Assembly: GCA_963514005.1 (NCBI GenBank)
Contig: OY740805.1
Location: forward strand, 42,408,001 to 42,472,000
Length of the DNA: 64,000 nt
DNA from: Raja brachyura
Taxonomy: Eukaryota
Direction: 5' to 3'
Within the stretch, counting starts at the first letter, position 1. Each line of letters starts with the position of its first letter. A model generated the notes under the pieces. It saw only the letters and a program-made list of their open reading frames with translations. It was not told where the DNA came from and made no database searches. Positions 49,301-64,000 of this stretch are shown here, piece after piece. The translations under genes and the position numbers were made by a program.

Positions 49301-52300
49301 CCCAGTCCCACACAGACCACACTCCCCATCATTGTAGATGTAGCCCAGTCCCACACAGACCACACTCCCCACCACTGTAGATGCAGCCCAGTCCATCACA
49401 CAGACCACACTCCCCACCATTGTAGATGTGGCCCAGTCCCACACAGACCACACTCCCCACAATTGTAGATGAAGCCCAGTCCCACACAGACCACACTCCC
49501 CACCATTGTAGATGTAGCCCAGTCCATCACACAGACCACACTCCCCACCATTGTAGATGTGGCCCAGTCCCACACAGACCACACTCCCCACCATTGTAGA
49601 TGTAGCCCAGTCCCACACAGACCACACTCCCCGCCATTGTAGATGTAGCCCAGTCCCACACAGACCACACTCCCCACCATTGTAGATGTAGCCCAGTCCC
49701 ACACAGAACACACTCCCCACCATTGTAGATGTGGCCCAGTCCCACACAGACCACACTCCCCACCATTGTAGATGTGGCCCAGTCCCACACAGACCACACT
49801 CCCCATCATTGTAGATGTAGCCCAGTCCCACACAGACCACACTCCCCACCATTGTAGATGCAGCCCAGTCCATCACACAGACCACACTCCCCACCATTGT
49901 AGATGTGGCCCAGTCCCACACAGACCACACCCCCCACAATTGTAGATGTAGCCCAGTCCCACACAGACCACACTCCCCACCATTGTAGATGTAGCCCAGT
50001 CCATCACACAGACCACACTCCCCACCATTGTAGATGTGGCCCAGTCCCACACAGACCACACTCCCCACCATTGTAGATGTAGCCCAGTCCCACACAGACC
50101 ACACTCCCCGCCATTGTAGATGTAGCCCAGTCCCAGACAGACCACACTCCCCACCTTTGTAGATGTGGCCCAGTCCCACACAGACCTCACTCCCCACCAT
50201 TGTAGATGTGGCCCAGTCCCACACAGACCTCACTCCCCACCATTGTAGATGTGGCCCAGTCCCACACAGACCACACTCCCCACCATTGTAGATATGGCCC
50301 AGTCCCACACAGACCACACTCCCAACCATTGTAGATGTGGCCCAGTCCCACACAGACCACACTCCCCACCATTGTAGATGTAGCCCAGTCCATCCCACAG
50401 ACCACACTCCCCACCATTGTAGATGCAGCCCAGTCCATCACACAGACCACACTCCCCACCATTGTAGATGTAGCCCAGTCCATCACACAGACCACACTCC
50501 CCACCATTGTAGATGTGGCCCAGTCCCACACAGACCACACTCCCCTCCATTGTAGATGTAGCCCAGTCCCACACAGACCACACTCCCCGCCATTGTAGAT
50601 GTAGCCCAGTCCCACACAGACCTCACTCCGCACCATTGTAGATGTGGCCCAGTCCAACACAGACCTCACTCCCCACCATTGTAGATGTGGCCCAGTCCCA
50701 CACAGACCACACTCCCCACCATTGTAGATATGGCCCAGTCCCACACAGACCACACTCCCAACCATTGTAGATGTGGCCCAGTCCCACACAGACCACACTC
50801 CCCACCATTGTAGATGTAGCCCAGTCCATCCCACAGACCACACTCCCCACCATTGTAGATGCAGCCCAGTCCATCACACAGACCACACTCCCCACCATTG
50901 TTGATGTAGCCCAGTCCATCCCACAGACCACACTCCCCACCATTGTAGATGTGGCCCAGTCCATCACACAGACCACACTCCCCACCATTGTAGATGTAGC
51001 CCAGTCCCACACAGACCACACTCCCCGGCCATTTTAGATGTAGCCCAGTCCCAGACAGACCACACTCCCCACCATTGTAGATGTGGCCCAGTCCCACACA
51101 GACCACACTCCCCACCATTGTAGATGTAGCCCAGTCCATCCCACAGACCACACTCCCCACCATTGTAGATGTGGCCCAGCCCCACACAGACTACACTCCC
51201 CACCATTGTTGATGTAGCGCAGTCCCACACAGACCACACTCCCCACCATTGTTGATGTAGCCCAGTCCATCCCACAGACCACACTCCCCACCATTGTAGA
51301 TGTAGCCCAGTCCCACACAGACCACACTCCCCACCATTGTAGATGTGGCCCAGTCCCACACAGACCACACTCCCCACCATGGTAGATGTGGCCCAGTCCA
51401 TCACACAGACCACACTCCCCAACATTGTAGATGTAGCCCAGTCCCACACAGACCACACTCCCCACCATTGTAGATGTAGCCCAGTCCCACACAGACCACA
51501 CTCCCCACCATTGTAGATGCAGCCCAGTCCCACACAGACCACACTCCTCACCATTGTAGATGTGGCCCAGTCCCACACAGACCACACTCCCCACCATTGT
51601 AGATCTAGCCCAGTCCCACACATACCACACTCCCCACCATTGTAGATATGGCCAAGTCCCACACAGACCACACTCCCTACCATTGTAGATGTAGCCCAGT
51701 CCCACACAGACCACACTTCCCACCATTGTAGATGTAGCCCAGTCCATCCCACAGACCACACTCCCCACCATTGTAGATGTGACCCAGTCCATCACACAGA
51801 CCACACTCCCCACCATTGTAGATGTAGCCCAGTCCCACACAGACTACACTCCCCACCATTGTATATGTGGCCCAGTCCCACACAGACCACACTCCCCACC
51901 ATTGTAGATGTAGCCCAGTCCCACACAGACCACACTCCCACGATTGTAGATGTGACCCAGTCCCACACAGACCACACTCCCCACCATTGTAGATGTAGCC
52001 CAGTCCCACACAGACCACACTCCCCACCATTGTAGATGTGGCCCAGTCCCACACAGACCACACTCCCCACCATTGTAGATGTAGCCCAGTCCATCCCACA
52101 GACCACACTCCCCACCATTGTAGATGTAGCCCAGTCCATCCCACAGACCACACTCCCCACCATTGTAGATGTAGCCCAGTCCATCACACAGACCACACTC
52201 CCCGCCATTGTAGATGTAGCCCTGTCCCAGACAGACCACACTCCCCACCATTGTAGATGTGGCCCAGTCCCACACAGACCACACTCCCCACAATTGTGCA

Positions 52301-55300
52301 TGTAGTCCTGTCCCACACAGACCACACTCCCCACCATTGTAGATGTAGCCCAGTCCATCACACAGACCACGCTCCCCACCATTGTAGATGTGGCCCGGTC
52401 CCACACAGACCACACTCCCCACCATTGTAGATGTAGCCCAGTCCCACACAGACCACACTCCCCGCCATTGTAGATGTAGCCCAGTCCCAGACAGACCACA
52501 CTCCCCACCATTGTAGATGTGGCCCAGTCCAACACAGACCTCACTCCCGACCATTGTAGATGTGGCCCAGTCCCACACAGACCACACTCCCCACCATTGT
52601 AGATATGGCCCAGTCCCACACAGACCACACTCCCCACCATTGTAGATGTGGCCCAGTCCCACACAGACCACACTCCCCACCATTGTAGATGTAGCCCATT
52701 CAACCACACAGACCACACTCCCCACCATTGTAGATGCAGCCCAGTCCATCACACAGACCACACTCCCCACCATTGTTGATGTAGCCCAGTCCATCCCACA
52801 GACCACGCTCCCCACCATTGTAGATGTGGCCCAGTCCATCACACAGACCACACTCCCCACCATTGTAGATGTAGCCCAGTCCCACACAGACCACACTCCC
52901 CGCCATTTTAGATGTAGCCCAGTCCCAGACAGACCACACTCCCCACCATTGTAGATGTGGCCCAGTCCCACACAGACCACATTCCCCACCATTGTAGATG
53001 TAGCCCAGTCCATCCCACAGACCACACTCCCCAACATTGTAGATGTAGCCCAGTCCCACACAGACTACACTCCCCACCATTGTAGATGTAGCCCAGTCCC
53101 ACACAGACCACACTCCCCACCATTGTAGATGCAGCCCAGTCCATCACACAGACCACACTCCCCACCATTGTAGATGTGGCCCAGTCCCACACAGACCACA
53201 CTCCCCACCATTGTAGATGTAGCCCAGTCCCACACAGACCACACTCCCCACCATTGTAGATGTAGCCCAGTCCATCACACAGACCACACTCCCCACCATT
53301 GTAGATGTAGCCCAGTCCCACAAAGACCACACTCCCCGCCATTGTAGATGTGGCCCAGTCCCAGACAGACCACACTCCCCACCATTGTAGATGTGGCCCA
53401 GTCCCACACAGACCTCACTCCCCACCATTGTAGATGTGGCCCAGTCCATCACACAGACCACACTCCCCACCATTGTTGATGTAGCCCAGTCCATCCCACA
53501 GACCACACTCCCCACCATTGTAGATGTGGCCCAGTCCATCACACAGACCACACTCCCCACCATTGTAGATGTAGCCCAGTGCTACACAGACCAAACTCCC
53601 CGCCATTGTAGATGTAGCCCAGTCCCAGACAGACCACACTCCCCACCATTGTAGATGTGGCCCAGTCCCACACAGACCTCACTCCCCACCATTGTAGATG
53701 TGGCCCAGTCCCACACAGACCACACTCCCCACCATTGTAGATGTAGCCCAGTCCCACACAGACCACACTCCCCGCCATTGTAGATGTAGCCCAGTCCATC
53801 ACACAGACCACACTCCCCACCATTGTTGATGTAGCCCAGTCCATCCCGCAGACCACACTCCCCACCATTGTAGATGTGGCCCAGTCCATCACACAGACCA
53901 CACTCCCCAACATTGTAGATGTAGCCCAGTCCCACACAGACTACACTCCCCACCATTGTAGATGTAGCCCAGTCCCACACAGACCACACTCCCCAGCATT
54001 GTAGATGTAGCCCAGTCCCACACAGACCACACTCCCCACCATTGTAGATGTGGCCCAGTCCCACACAGACCACACTCCCCACCATTGTAGTTGTGGCCCA
54101 GTCCCACACAGACCACACTCCCCACCATTGTAGATGTAGCCCAGTCCCACACAGAACACACTCCCCACCATTGTAGATGTGGCCCAGTCCCACACAAACC
54201 ACACTCCCCACCATTGTAGGTGTGGCCCAGTCCCACACAGACCACACTCCCCACCATTGTAGATGTAGCCCAGTCCCACACAGACCACACTCCCCACCAT
54301 TGTAGATGCAGACCAGTCCATCACACAGACCACACTCCCCACCATTGTAGATGTGACTCAGTCCCACACAGACCACACTCCACCATTGTAGATGTGGCCC
54401 AGTCCCACACAGACCACACTCCCCACCATTGTAGATGTGGCCCAGTCCATCACACAGACCACACTCCCCACCATTGTAGATGTGGCCCAGTCCATCACAC
54501 AGACCACACTCCCCACCATTGTCGATGTAGCCCAGTCCCACACAGATCACACTCCCCGCCATTGTAGATGTAGCCCAGTCCCAGACAGACCACGCTCCCC
54601 ACCATTGTAGATGTAGCCCAGTCCCACACAGACCACACTCCCCGCCATTGTAGATGTAGCCCTGTCCCAGACAGACCACATTCCCCACCATTGTAGATGT
54701 GGCCCAGTCCCACACAGACCTCACTCCCCACCATTGCAGATGTGGCCCAGTCCCACACAGACCACACTCCCCACCATTGTAGATGTAGCCCAGTCCCACA
54801 CAGACCACACTCCCCGCCATTGTAGATGTAGCCCAGTCCATCACACAGACCACGCTCCCCACCATTGTTGATGTAGCCCAGTCCATCCCACAGACCACAC
54901 TCCCCACCATTGTAGATGTGGCCCAGTCCCACACAGACCACACTCCCCACAATTGTAGATGTAGCCCAGTCCATCCCACAGACCACACTCCCCACCATTG
55001 TAGATGTAGCCCAGTCCATCACACAGACCACACTCCCCACCATTGTAGAGGTGGCCCTGTCCCACACAGACCACACTCCCCACCATTGTTGATGTAGCCC
55101 AGTCCATCCCACAGACCACACTCCCCACCATTGTAGATGTAGCCCAGTCCCACAAAGACCACACTCCCCGCCATTGTAGATGTGGCCCAGCCCCAGACAG
55201 ACCACACTCCCCACCATTGTAGATGTGGCCCAGTCCCACACAGACCTCACTCCCCACCATTGTAGATGTGGCCCAGTCCATCACACAGACCACACTCCCC

Positions 55301-58300
55301 ACCATTGTTGATGTAGCCCAGTCCATCCCACAGACCACACTCCCCACCATTGTAGATGTGGCCCAGTCCATCACACAGACCACACTCCCCACCATTGTAG
55401 ATGTAGCCCAGTGCTACACAGACCAAACTCCCCGCCATTGTAGATGTAGCCCAGTCCCAGACAGACCACACTCCCCACCATTGTAGATGTGGCCCAGTCC
55501 CACACAGACCTCACTCCCCACCATTGTAGATGTGGCCCAGTCCCACACAGACCACACTCCCCACCATTGTAGATGTAGCCCAGTCCCACACAGACCACAC
55601 TCCCCGCCATTGTAGATGTAGCCCAGTCCATCACACAGACCACACTCCCCACCATTGTTGATGTAGCCCAGTCCATCCCGCAGACCACACTCCCCACCAT
55701 TGTAGATGTGGCCCAGTCCATCACACAGACCACACTCCCCAACATTGTAGATGTAGCCCAGTCCCACACAGACTACACTCCCCACCATTGTAGATGTAGC
55801 CCAGTCCCACACAGACCACACTCCCCAGCATTGTAGATGTAGCCCAGTCCCACACAGACCACACTCCCCACCATTGTAGATGTGGCCCAGTCCCACACAG
55901 AGCACACTCCCCACCATTGTAGTTGTGGCCCAGTCCCACACAGACCACACTCCCCACCATTGTAGATGTAGCCCAGTCCCACACAGAACACACTCCCCAC
56001 CATTGTAGATGTGGCCCAGTCCCACACAAACCACACTCCCCACCATTGTAGGTGTGGCCCAGTCCCACACAGACCACACTCCCCACCATTGTAGATGTAG
56101 CCCAGTCCCACACAGACCACACTCCCCACCATTGTAGATGCAGACCAGTCCATCACACAGACCACACTCCCCACCATTGTAGATGTGACTCAGTCCCACA
56201 CAGACCACACTCCACCATTGTAGATGTGGCCCAGTCCCACACAGACCACACTCCCCACCATTGTAGATGTGGCCCAGTCCATCACACAGACCACACTCCC
56301 CACCATTGTAGATGTGGCCCAGTCCATCACACAGACCACACTCCCCACCATTGTCGATGTAGCCCAGTCCCACACAGATCACACTCCCCGCCATTGTAGA
56401 TGTAGCCCAGTCCCAGACAGACCACGCTCCCCACCATTGTAGATGTAGCCCAGTCCCACACAGACCACACTCCCCGCCATTGTAGATGTAGCCCTGTCCC
56501 AGACAGACCACATTCCGCACCATTGTAGATGTGGCCCAGTCCCACACAGACCTCACTCCCCACCATTGCAGATGTGGCCCAGTCCCACACAGACCACACT
56601 CCCCACCATTGTAGATGTAGCCCAGTCCCACACAGACCACACTCCCCGCCATTGTAGATGTAGCCCAGTCCATCACACAGACCACGCTCCCCACCATTGT
56701 TGATGTAGCCCAGTCCATCCCACAGACCACACTCCCCACCATTGTAGATGTGGCCCAGTCCCACACAGACCACACTCCCCACAATTGTAGATGTAGCCCA
56801 GTCCATCCCACAGACCACACTCCCCACCATTGTAGATGTAGCCCAGTCCATCACACAGACCACACTCCCCACCATTGTAGAGGTGGCCCTGTCCCACACA
56901 GACCACACTCCCCACCATTGTTGATGTAGCCCAGTCCATCCCACAGACCACACTCCCCACCATTGTAGATGTGGCCCAGTCCATCACACCGACAACACTC
57001 CAACATTGTAGATGTAGCCCAGTCCCACACAGACTACACTCCCCACCATTGTAGATGTAGCCCAGTCCATCACACAGACCACACTCCCCAACATTGTAGA
57101 TGTAGCCCAGTCCCACACAGACTACACTCCCCACCATTGTAGATGTAGCCCAGTCCCACACAGACCACACTCCCCAGCATTGTAGATGTAGCCCAGTCCC
57201 ACACAGTCCACACTCCCCACCATTGTAGATGTGGCCCAGTCCCACGCAGACCACACTCCCCACCATTGTAGTTGTGGCCCAGTCCCACACAGACCACACT
57301 CCCCACCATTGTAGATGTAGCCCAGTCCCACACAGAACACACTCCCCACCATTGTAGATGTGGCCCAGTCCCACACAAACCACACTCCCCACCATTGTAG
57401 ATGTGGCCCAGTCCCACACAGACCACACTCCCCACCATTGTAGATGTAGCCCAGTCCCACACAGACCACACTCCCCACCATTGTAGATGCAGACCAGTCC
57501 ATCACACAGACCACACTCCCCACCATTGTAGATGTGGCCCAGTCCCACACAGACCACACTCCCCACCATTGTAGATGTAGCCCAGTCCCACACAGACCAC
57601 ACTCCCCGCCATTGTAGATGTAGCCCAGTCCATCACACAGACCACACTCCCCACCATTGTAGATGTGGCCCAGTCCATCACACAGACCACACTCCCCAAC
57701 ATTGCAGATGTAGCCCAGTCCCACACAGACTACACTCCCCACCATTGTAGATGTAGCCCAGTCCCACACAGACCACACTCACCACCATTGTAGATGTAGC
57801 CCAGTCCCACACAGACCACACTCCCCACCATTGTAGATGTGACTCAGTCCCACACAGACCACACTCCACCATTGTAGATGTGGCCCAGTCCCACACAGAC
57901 CACACTCCCCACCATTGTAGATGTGGCCCAGTCCATCACACAGACCACACTCCCCACCATTGTAGATGTGGCCCAGTCCATCACACAGACCACACTCCCC
58001 ACCATTGTCGATGTAGCCCAGTCCCACACAGATCACACTCCCCGCCATTGTAGATGTAGCCCAGTCCCAGACAGACCACGCTCCCCACCATTGTAGATGT
58101 AGCCCAGTCCCACACAGACCACACTCCCCGCCATTGTAGATGTAGCCCTGTCCCAGACAGACCACACTCCCCACCATTGTAGATGTGGCCCAGTCCCACA
58201 CAGACCTCACTCCCCACCATTGCAGATGTGGCCCAGTCCCACACAGACCACACTCCCCACCATTGTAGATGTAGCCCAGTCCCACACAGACCACACTCCC

Positions 58301-61300
58301 CGCCATTGTAGATGTAGCCCAGTCCATCACACAGACCACACTCCCCACCATTGTTGATGTAGCCCAGTCCATCCCACAGACCACACTCCCCACCATTGTA
58401 GATGTGGCCCAGTCCCACACAGACCACACTCCCCACAATTGTAGATGTAGCCCAGTCCATCCCACAGGCCACACTCCCCACCATTGTAGATGTAGCCCAG
58501 TCCATCACACAGACCACACTCCCCACCATTGTAGAGGTGGCCCTGTCCCACACAGACCACACTCCCCACCATTGTTGATGTAGCCCAGTCCATCCCACAG
58601 ACCACACTCCCCACCATTGTAGATGTGGCCCAGTCCATCACACCGACAACACTCCAACATTGTAGATGTAGCCCAGTCCCACACAGACTACACTCCCCAC
58701 CATTGTAGATGTAGCCCAGTCCATCACACAGACCACACTCCCCACCATTGTAGATGTAGCCCAGTCCCACACAGACCACACTCCCCACCATTGTAAATGT
58801 GGCCCAGTCCCACACAGACCACACTCCCCACCATTGTAGATATGGCCCAGTCCCACACAGAACACACTCCCCACCATTGTAGATGTGGCCCAGTCCCACA
58901 CAGACCACACTCCCCACCATTGTAGATGTAGCCCAGTCCATCCCACAGACCACACTCCCCACCATTGTAGATGTAGCCCAGTCCATCACACAGACCACAC
59001 TCCCCACCATTGTAGATGTAGCCCAGTCCCACACAGACCACACTCCCCACCATTGTAGATGTAGCCCAGTCCATCACACAGACCACACTCCCCACCATTG
59101 TAGATGTAGCCCAGTCCATCACACAGACCACACTCCCCACCATTGTAGATGTGGCCCAGTCCATCACACAGACCACACTCCCCAACATTGTAGATGTAGC
59201 CCAGTCCCACACAGACTACACTCCCCACCATTGTAGATGTAGCCCAGTCCCACACAGACCACACTCCCCAGCATTGTAGATGTAGCCCAGTCCCACACAG
59301 ACCACACTCCCCACCATTGTAGATGCAGACCAGTCCATCACACAGACCACACTCCCCACCATTGTAGATGTGACTCAGTCCCACACAGACCACACTCCAC
59401 CATTGTAGATGTGGCCCAGTCCCACACAGACCACACTCCCCACCATTGTAGATGTGGCCCAGTCCATCACACAGACCACACTCCCCACCATTGTAGATGT
59501 GGCCCAGTCCATCACACAGACCACACTCCCCACCATTGTCGATGTAGCCCAGTCCCACACAGATCACACTCCCCGCCATTGTAGATGTAGCCCAGTCCCA
59601 GACAGACCACGCTCCCCACCATTGTAGATGTAGCCCAGTCCCACACAGACTACACTCCCCGCCATTGTAGATGTAGCCCTGTCCCAGACAGACCACACTC
59701 CCCACCATTGTAGATGTGGCCCAGTCCCACACAGACCTCACTCCCCACCATTGCAGATGTGGCCCAGTCCCACACAGACCACACTCCCCACCATTGTAGA
59801 TGTAGCCCAGTCCCACACAGACCACACTCCCCGCCATTGTAGATGTAGCCCAGTCCATCACACAGACCACACTCCCCACCATTGTTGATGTAGCCCAGTC
59901 CATCCCACAGACCACACTCCCCACCATTGTAGATGTAGCCCAGTCCATCACACAGACCACACTCCCCACCATTGTAGAGGTGGCCCTGTCCCACACAGAC
60001 CACACTCCCCACCATTGTTGATGTAGCCCAGTCCATCCCACAGACCACACTCCCCACCATTGTAGATGTGGCCCAGTCCATCACACCGACACACTCCAAC
60101 ATTGTAGATGTAGCCCAGTCCCACACAGACTACACTCCCCACCATTGTAGATGTAGCCCAGTCCCACACAGACTACACTCCCCACCATTGTAGATGTAGC
60201 CCAGTCCCACACAGACCACACTCCCCAGCATTGTAGATGTAGCCCAGTCCCACACAGACCACACTCCCCACAATTGTAGATGTGGCCCAGTCCCACACAG
60301 ACCACACTCCCCACCATTGTAGTTGTGGCCCAGTCCCACACAGCCCACACTCCCCACCATTGTAGATGTAGCCCTGTCCCACACAGAACACACTCCCCAC
60401 CATTGTAGATGTGGCCCAGTCCCACACAAACCACACTCCCCACCATTGTAGATGTGGCCCAGTCCCACACAGACCACACTCCCCACCATTGTAGATGTAG
60501 CCCAGTCCCACACAGACCACACTCCCCACCATTGTAGATGCAGACCAGTCCATCACACAGACCACACTCCCCACCATTGTAGATGTGGCCCAGTCCCACA
60601 CAGACCACACTCCCCACCATTGTAGATGTAGCCCAGTCCCACACAGACCACACTCCCCGCCATTGTAGATGTAGCCCAGTCCATCACACAGACCACACTC
60701 CCCACCATTGTAGATGTGGCCCAGTCCATCACACAGACCACACTCCCCAACATTGCAGATGTAGCCCAGTCCCACACAGACTACACTCCCCACCATTGTA
60801 GATGTAGCCCAGTCCCACACAGACCACACTCACCACCATTGTAGATGTAGCCCAGTCCCACACAGACCACACTCCCCACCATTGTAGATGTGACTCAGTC
60901 CCACACAGACCACACTCCACCATTGTAGATGTGGCCCAGTCCCACACAGACCACACTCCCCACCATTGTAGATGTGGCCCAGTCCATCACACAGACCACA
61001 CTCCCCACCATTGTAGATGTGGCCCAGTCCATCACACAGACCACACTCCCCGCCATTGTAGATGTAGCCCAGTCCCACACAGATCACACTCCCCGCCATT
61101 GTAGATGTAGCCCAGTCCCAGACAGACCACGCTCCCCAACATTGTAGATGTAGCCCAGTCCCACACAGACCACACTCCCCGCCATTGTAGATGTAGCCCT
61201 GTCCCAGACAGACCACACTCCCCACCATTGTAGATGTGGCCCAGTCCCACACAGACCTCACTCCCCACCATTGCAGATGTGGCCCAGTCCCACACAGACC

Positions 61301-64000
61301 ACACTCCCCACCATTGTAGATGTAGCCCAGTCCCACACAGACCACACTCCCCGCCATTGTAGATGTAGCCCAGTCCATCACACAGACCACACTCCCCACC
61401 ATTGTTGATGTAGCCCAGTCCATCCCACAGACCACACTCCCCACCATTGTAGATGTGGCCCAGTCCCACACAGACCACACTCCCCACAATTGTAGATGTA
61501 GCCCAGTCAATCCCACAGACCACACTCCCCACCATTGTAGATGTAGCCCAGTCCATCACACAGACCACACTCCCCACCATTGTAGAGGTGGCCCTGTCCC
61601 ACACAGACCACACTCCCCACCATTGTTGATGTAGCCCAGTCCATCCCACAGACCACACTCCCCACCATTGTAGATGTGGCCCAGTCCATCACACCGACAA
61701 CACTCCAACATTGTAGATGTAGCCCAGTCCCACACAGACTACACTCCCCACCATTGTAGATGTAGCCCAGTCCATCACACAGACCACACTCCCCACCATT
61801 GTAGATGTAGCCCAGTCCCACACAGACCACACTCCCCACCATTGTAAATGTGGCCCAGTCCCACACAGACCACACTCCCCACCATTGTAGATATGGCCCA
61901 GTCCCACACAGAACACACTCCCCACCATTGTAGATGTGGCCCAGTCCCACACAGACCACACTCCCCACCATTGTAGATGTAGCCCAGTCCATCCCACAGA
62001 CCACACTCCCCACCATTGTAGATGTAGCCCAGTCCATCACACAGACCACACTCCCCACCATTGTAGATGTAGCCCAGTCCCACACAGACCACACTCCCCA
62101 CCATTGTAGATGTAGCCCAGTCCATCACACAGACCACACTCCCCACCATTGTAGATGTAGCCCAGTCCATCACACAGACCACACTCCCCACCATTGTTGA
62201 TGTAGCCCAGTCCATCCCACAGACCACACTCCCCACCATTCTAGATGTGGCCCAGTCCCACACAGACCACACTCCCCACCATTGTAGATGTGGCCCATTC
62301 CCACACAGACCACACTCCCCACCATTGTAGATGTGGCCCAGTCCCACACAGACCACACTCCCCACCATTGTAGATGTGGCCCAGTCCCACACAGACCACA
62401 CTCCCCACAATTGTAGATGCAGCCCAGTCCCACACAGACCACACTCCCCACCATTGTAGATGTAGCCCAGTCCCACACAGACCACACTCCCCACCATTGT
62501 AGATGCAGCCCAGTCCCACACAGACCACACTCCCCACCACTGTAGATGTGGCCCAGTCCCACACAGACCACACTCCCCACCATTGTAGATGTAGCCCAGT
62601 CCATCACACAGACCACACTCCCCACCATTGTAGATGTGGCCCAGTCCCACACAGACCACACTCCCCACCATTGTAGATGTAGCCCAGTCCCACACAGACC
62701 ACACTCCCGACCATTGTAGATGTAGCCCAGTCCATCACACAGACCACACTCCCCACCATTGTAGATGTGGCCCAGTCCCACACAGACCACACTCCCCACC
62801 ATTGTAGATGTAGCCCAGTCCCACACAGACCACACTCCCCACCATTGTAGATGTAACCCAGTCCATCACACAGACCACACTCCCCACCATTGTAGATGTA
62901 GCCCAGTCCATCACACAGACCACACTCCCCACCATTGTTGATGTGGCCCAGTCCCACACAGACCACATTCCCCACCATTGTAGATATGGCCCAGTCCCAC
63001 ACAGACCACACTCCCCACCATTGTAGATGTAGGCTAGTCCATCACACAGACCACACTCCCCACCATTGTTGATGTAGCCCAGTCCATCCCACAGACCACA
63101 GTCCCCACCATTGTAGATGTGGCCGAGTCCATCACACCGACCACACTCCCCAACATTGTAGATGTAGCCCAGTCCCACACAGACTACACTCCCCACCATT
63201 GTAGATGTAGCCCAGTCCCACACAGACCACACTCCCCACCATTGTAGATGTAGCCCAGTCCCACACAGACCACACTCCCCACCATTGTAGATGTAGCCCA
63301 GTCCCACACAGACCACACTCCCCACCATTGTAGATGTAGCCCAGTCCATCACACAGACCACACTCCCCACCATTGTAGATGTAGCCCAGTCCCACACAGA
63401 CCACACTCCCCAACATTGTAGATGTAGCCCAGTCCCACACAGATCACACTCCCCACCATTGTAGATGTGGCCCAGTCCCACACAGAACACACTCCCCACC
63501 ATGGTAGATGTGGCCCAGTCCCACACAAACCACACTCCCCACAATTGTAGATGTGGCCCAGTCCCACACAGACCACACTCCCCACCATTGTAGATGTAGC
63601 CCAGTCCCACACAGACCACACTCCCCACCATTGCAGATGCAGCCCAGTCCATCACACAGGCCACACTCCCCACCATTGTAGATGTGGCCCAGTCGCACAC
63701 AGACCACACTCCCCACCATTGTAGATGTAGCCCAGTCCCACACAGACCACACTCCCCACCATTGTAGATGTAGCCCAGTCCATCACACAGACCACACTCC
63801 CCACCATTGTAGATGTAGCCCAGTCCATCCCACTGACCACACTCCCCACCATTGTTGATGTAGCCCAGTCCATCCCACAGACCACACTCCCCACCATTGT
63901 AGATGTGGCCCAGTCCCACACAGACCACACTCCCCACCATTGTAGATGTGGCCCAGTCCCACACAGACCACACTCCCCACCATTGTAGATGTGGCCCAGT
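37367..64000. repeat. Satellite array of 43/45-bp units (GCCCAGTCC[AT]CACACAGACCACACTCCCCACCATTGTAGATGTR), roughly 600 units, running off the window end
   Basis: Direct inspection; the unit count is an estimate from length divided by unit size. Confidence 0.98.

Noticed and set aside
37235-63983. Long Cys/Gly/Trp-rich ORFs (up to 550 aa) in the satellite
   Set aside because: The 43-bp unit is not a multiple of 3 and lacks minus-strand stops, so the same three peptides cycle through all frames. There is no frame preservation, and the ORFs are antisense to gene C.
37367-64000. CRISPR array, Ig switch region or array of heptad mini-exons
   Set aside because: No unique spacers; no AGCT-rich switch motifs or IgH context; units are too short for exon plus intron and lack GT donor consensus.

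Overview
Vertebrate genomic DNA, most likely from a cartilaginous fish (skate/ray-like), inferred from its HE1-like tRNA-SINEs, abundant CR1 LINEs and DIRS element. The left ~37 kb holds exon 1 of a TDP2-like gene (minus strand, with an apparent frameshift). Immediately upstream of that exon is a 35-bp minisatellite with 17 tandem GTCACGTGAC E-box/CLEAR palindromes, split by a CR1 that is itself split by a THAP-bearing foldback DNA transposon. Next comes a cluster of three butyrophilin (BTN/BTNL)-like genes. Gene A (+) has IgC, TM and an intact B30.2 exon but no visible leader or IgV. Gene B (-) is a LINE-damaged pseudogene. Gene C (+) is intact through leader, IgV, IgC, TM and one heptad exon, and its IgV-IgC intron holds a degraded DIRS element. 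From ~37,367 to the window end is a >26.6-kb 43/45-bp satellite with higher-order repeats, apparently inside an intron of gene C; all ORFs there are repeat artefacts. Dispersed repeats carry minimal hammerhead-ribozyme-like cores. Four N gaps limit interpretation. All calls come from reading the sequence; no database searches were run.
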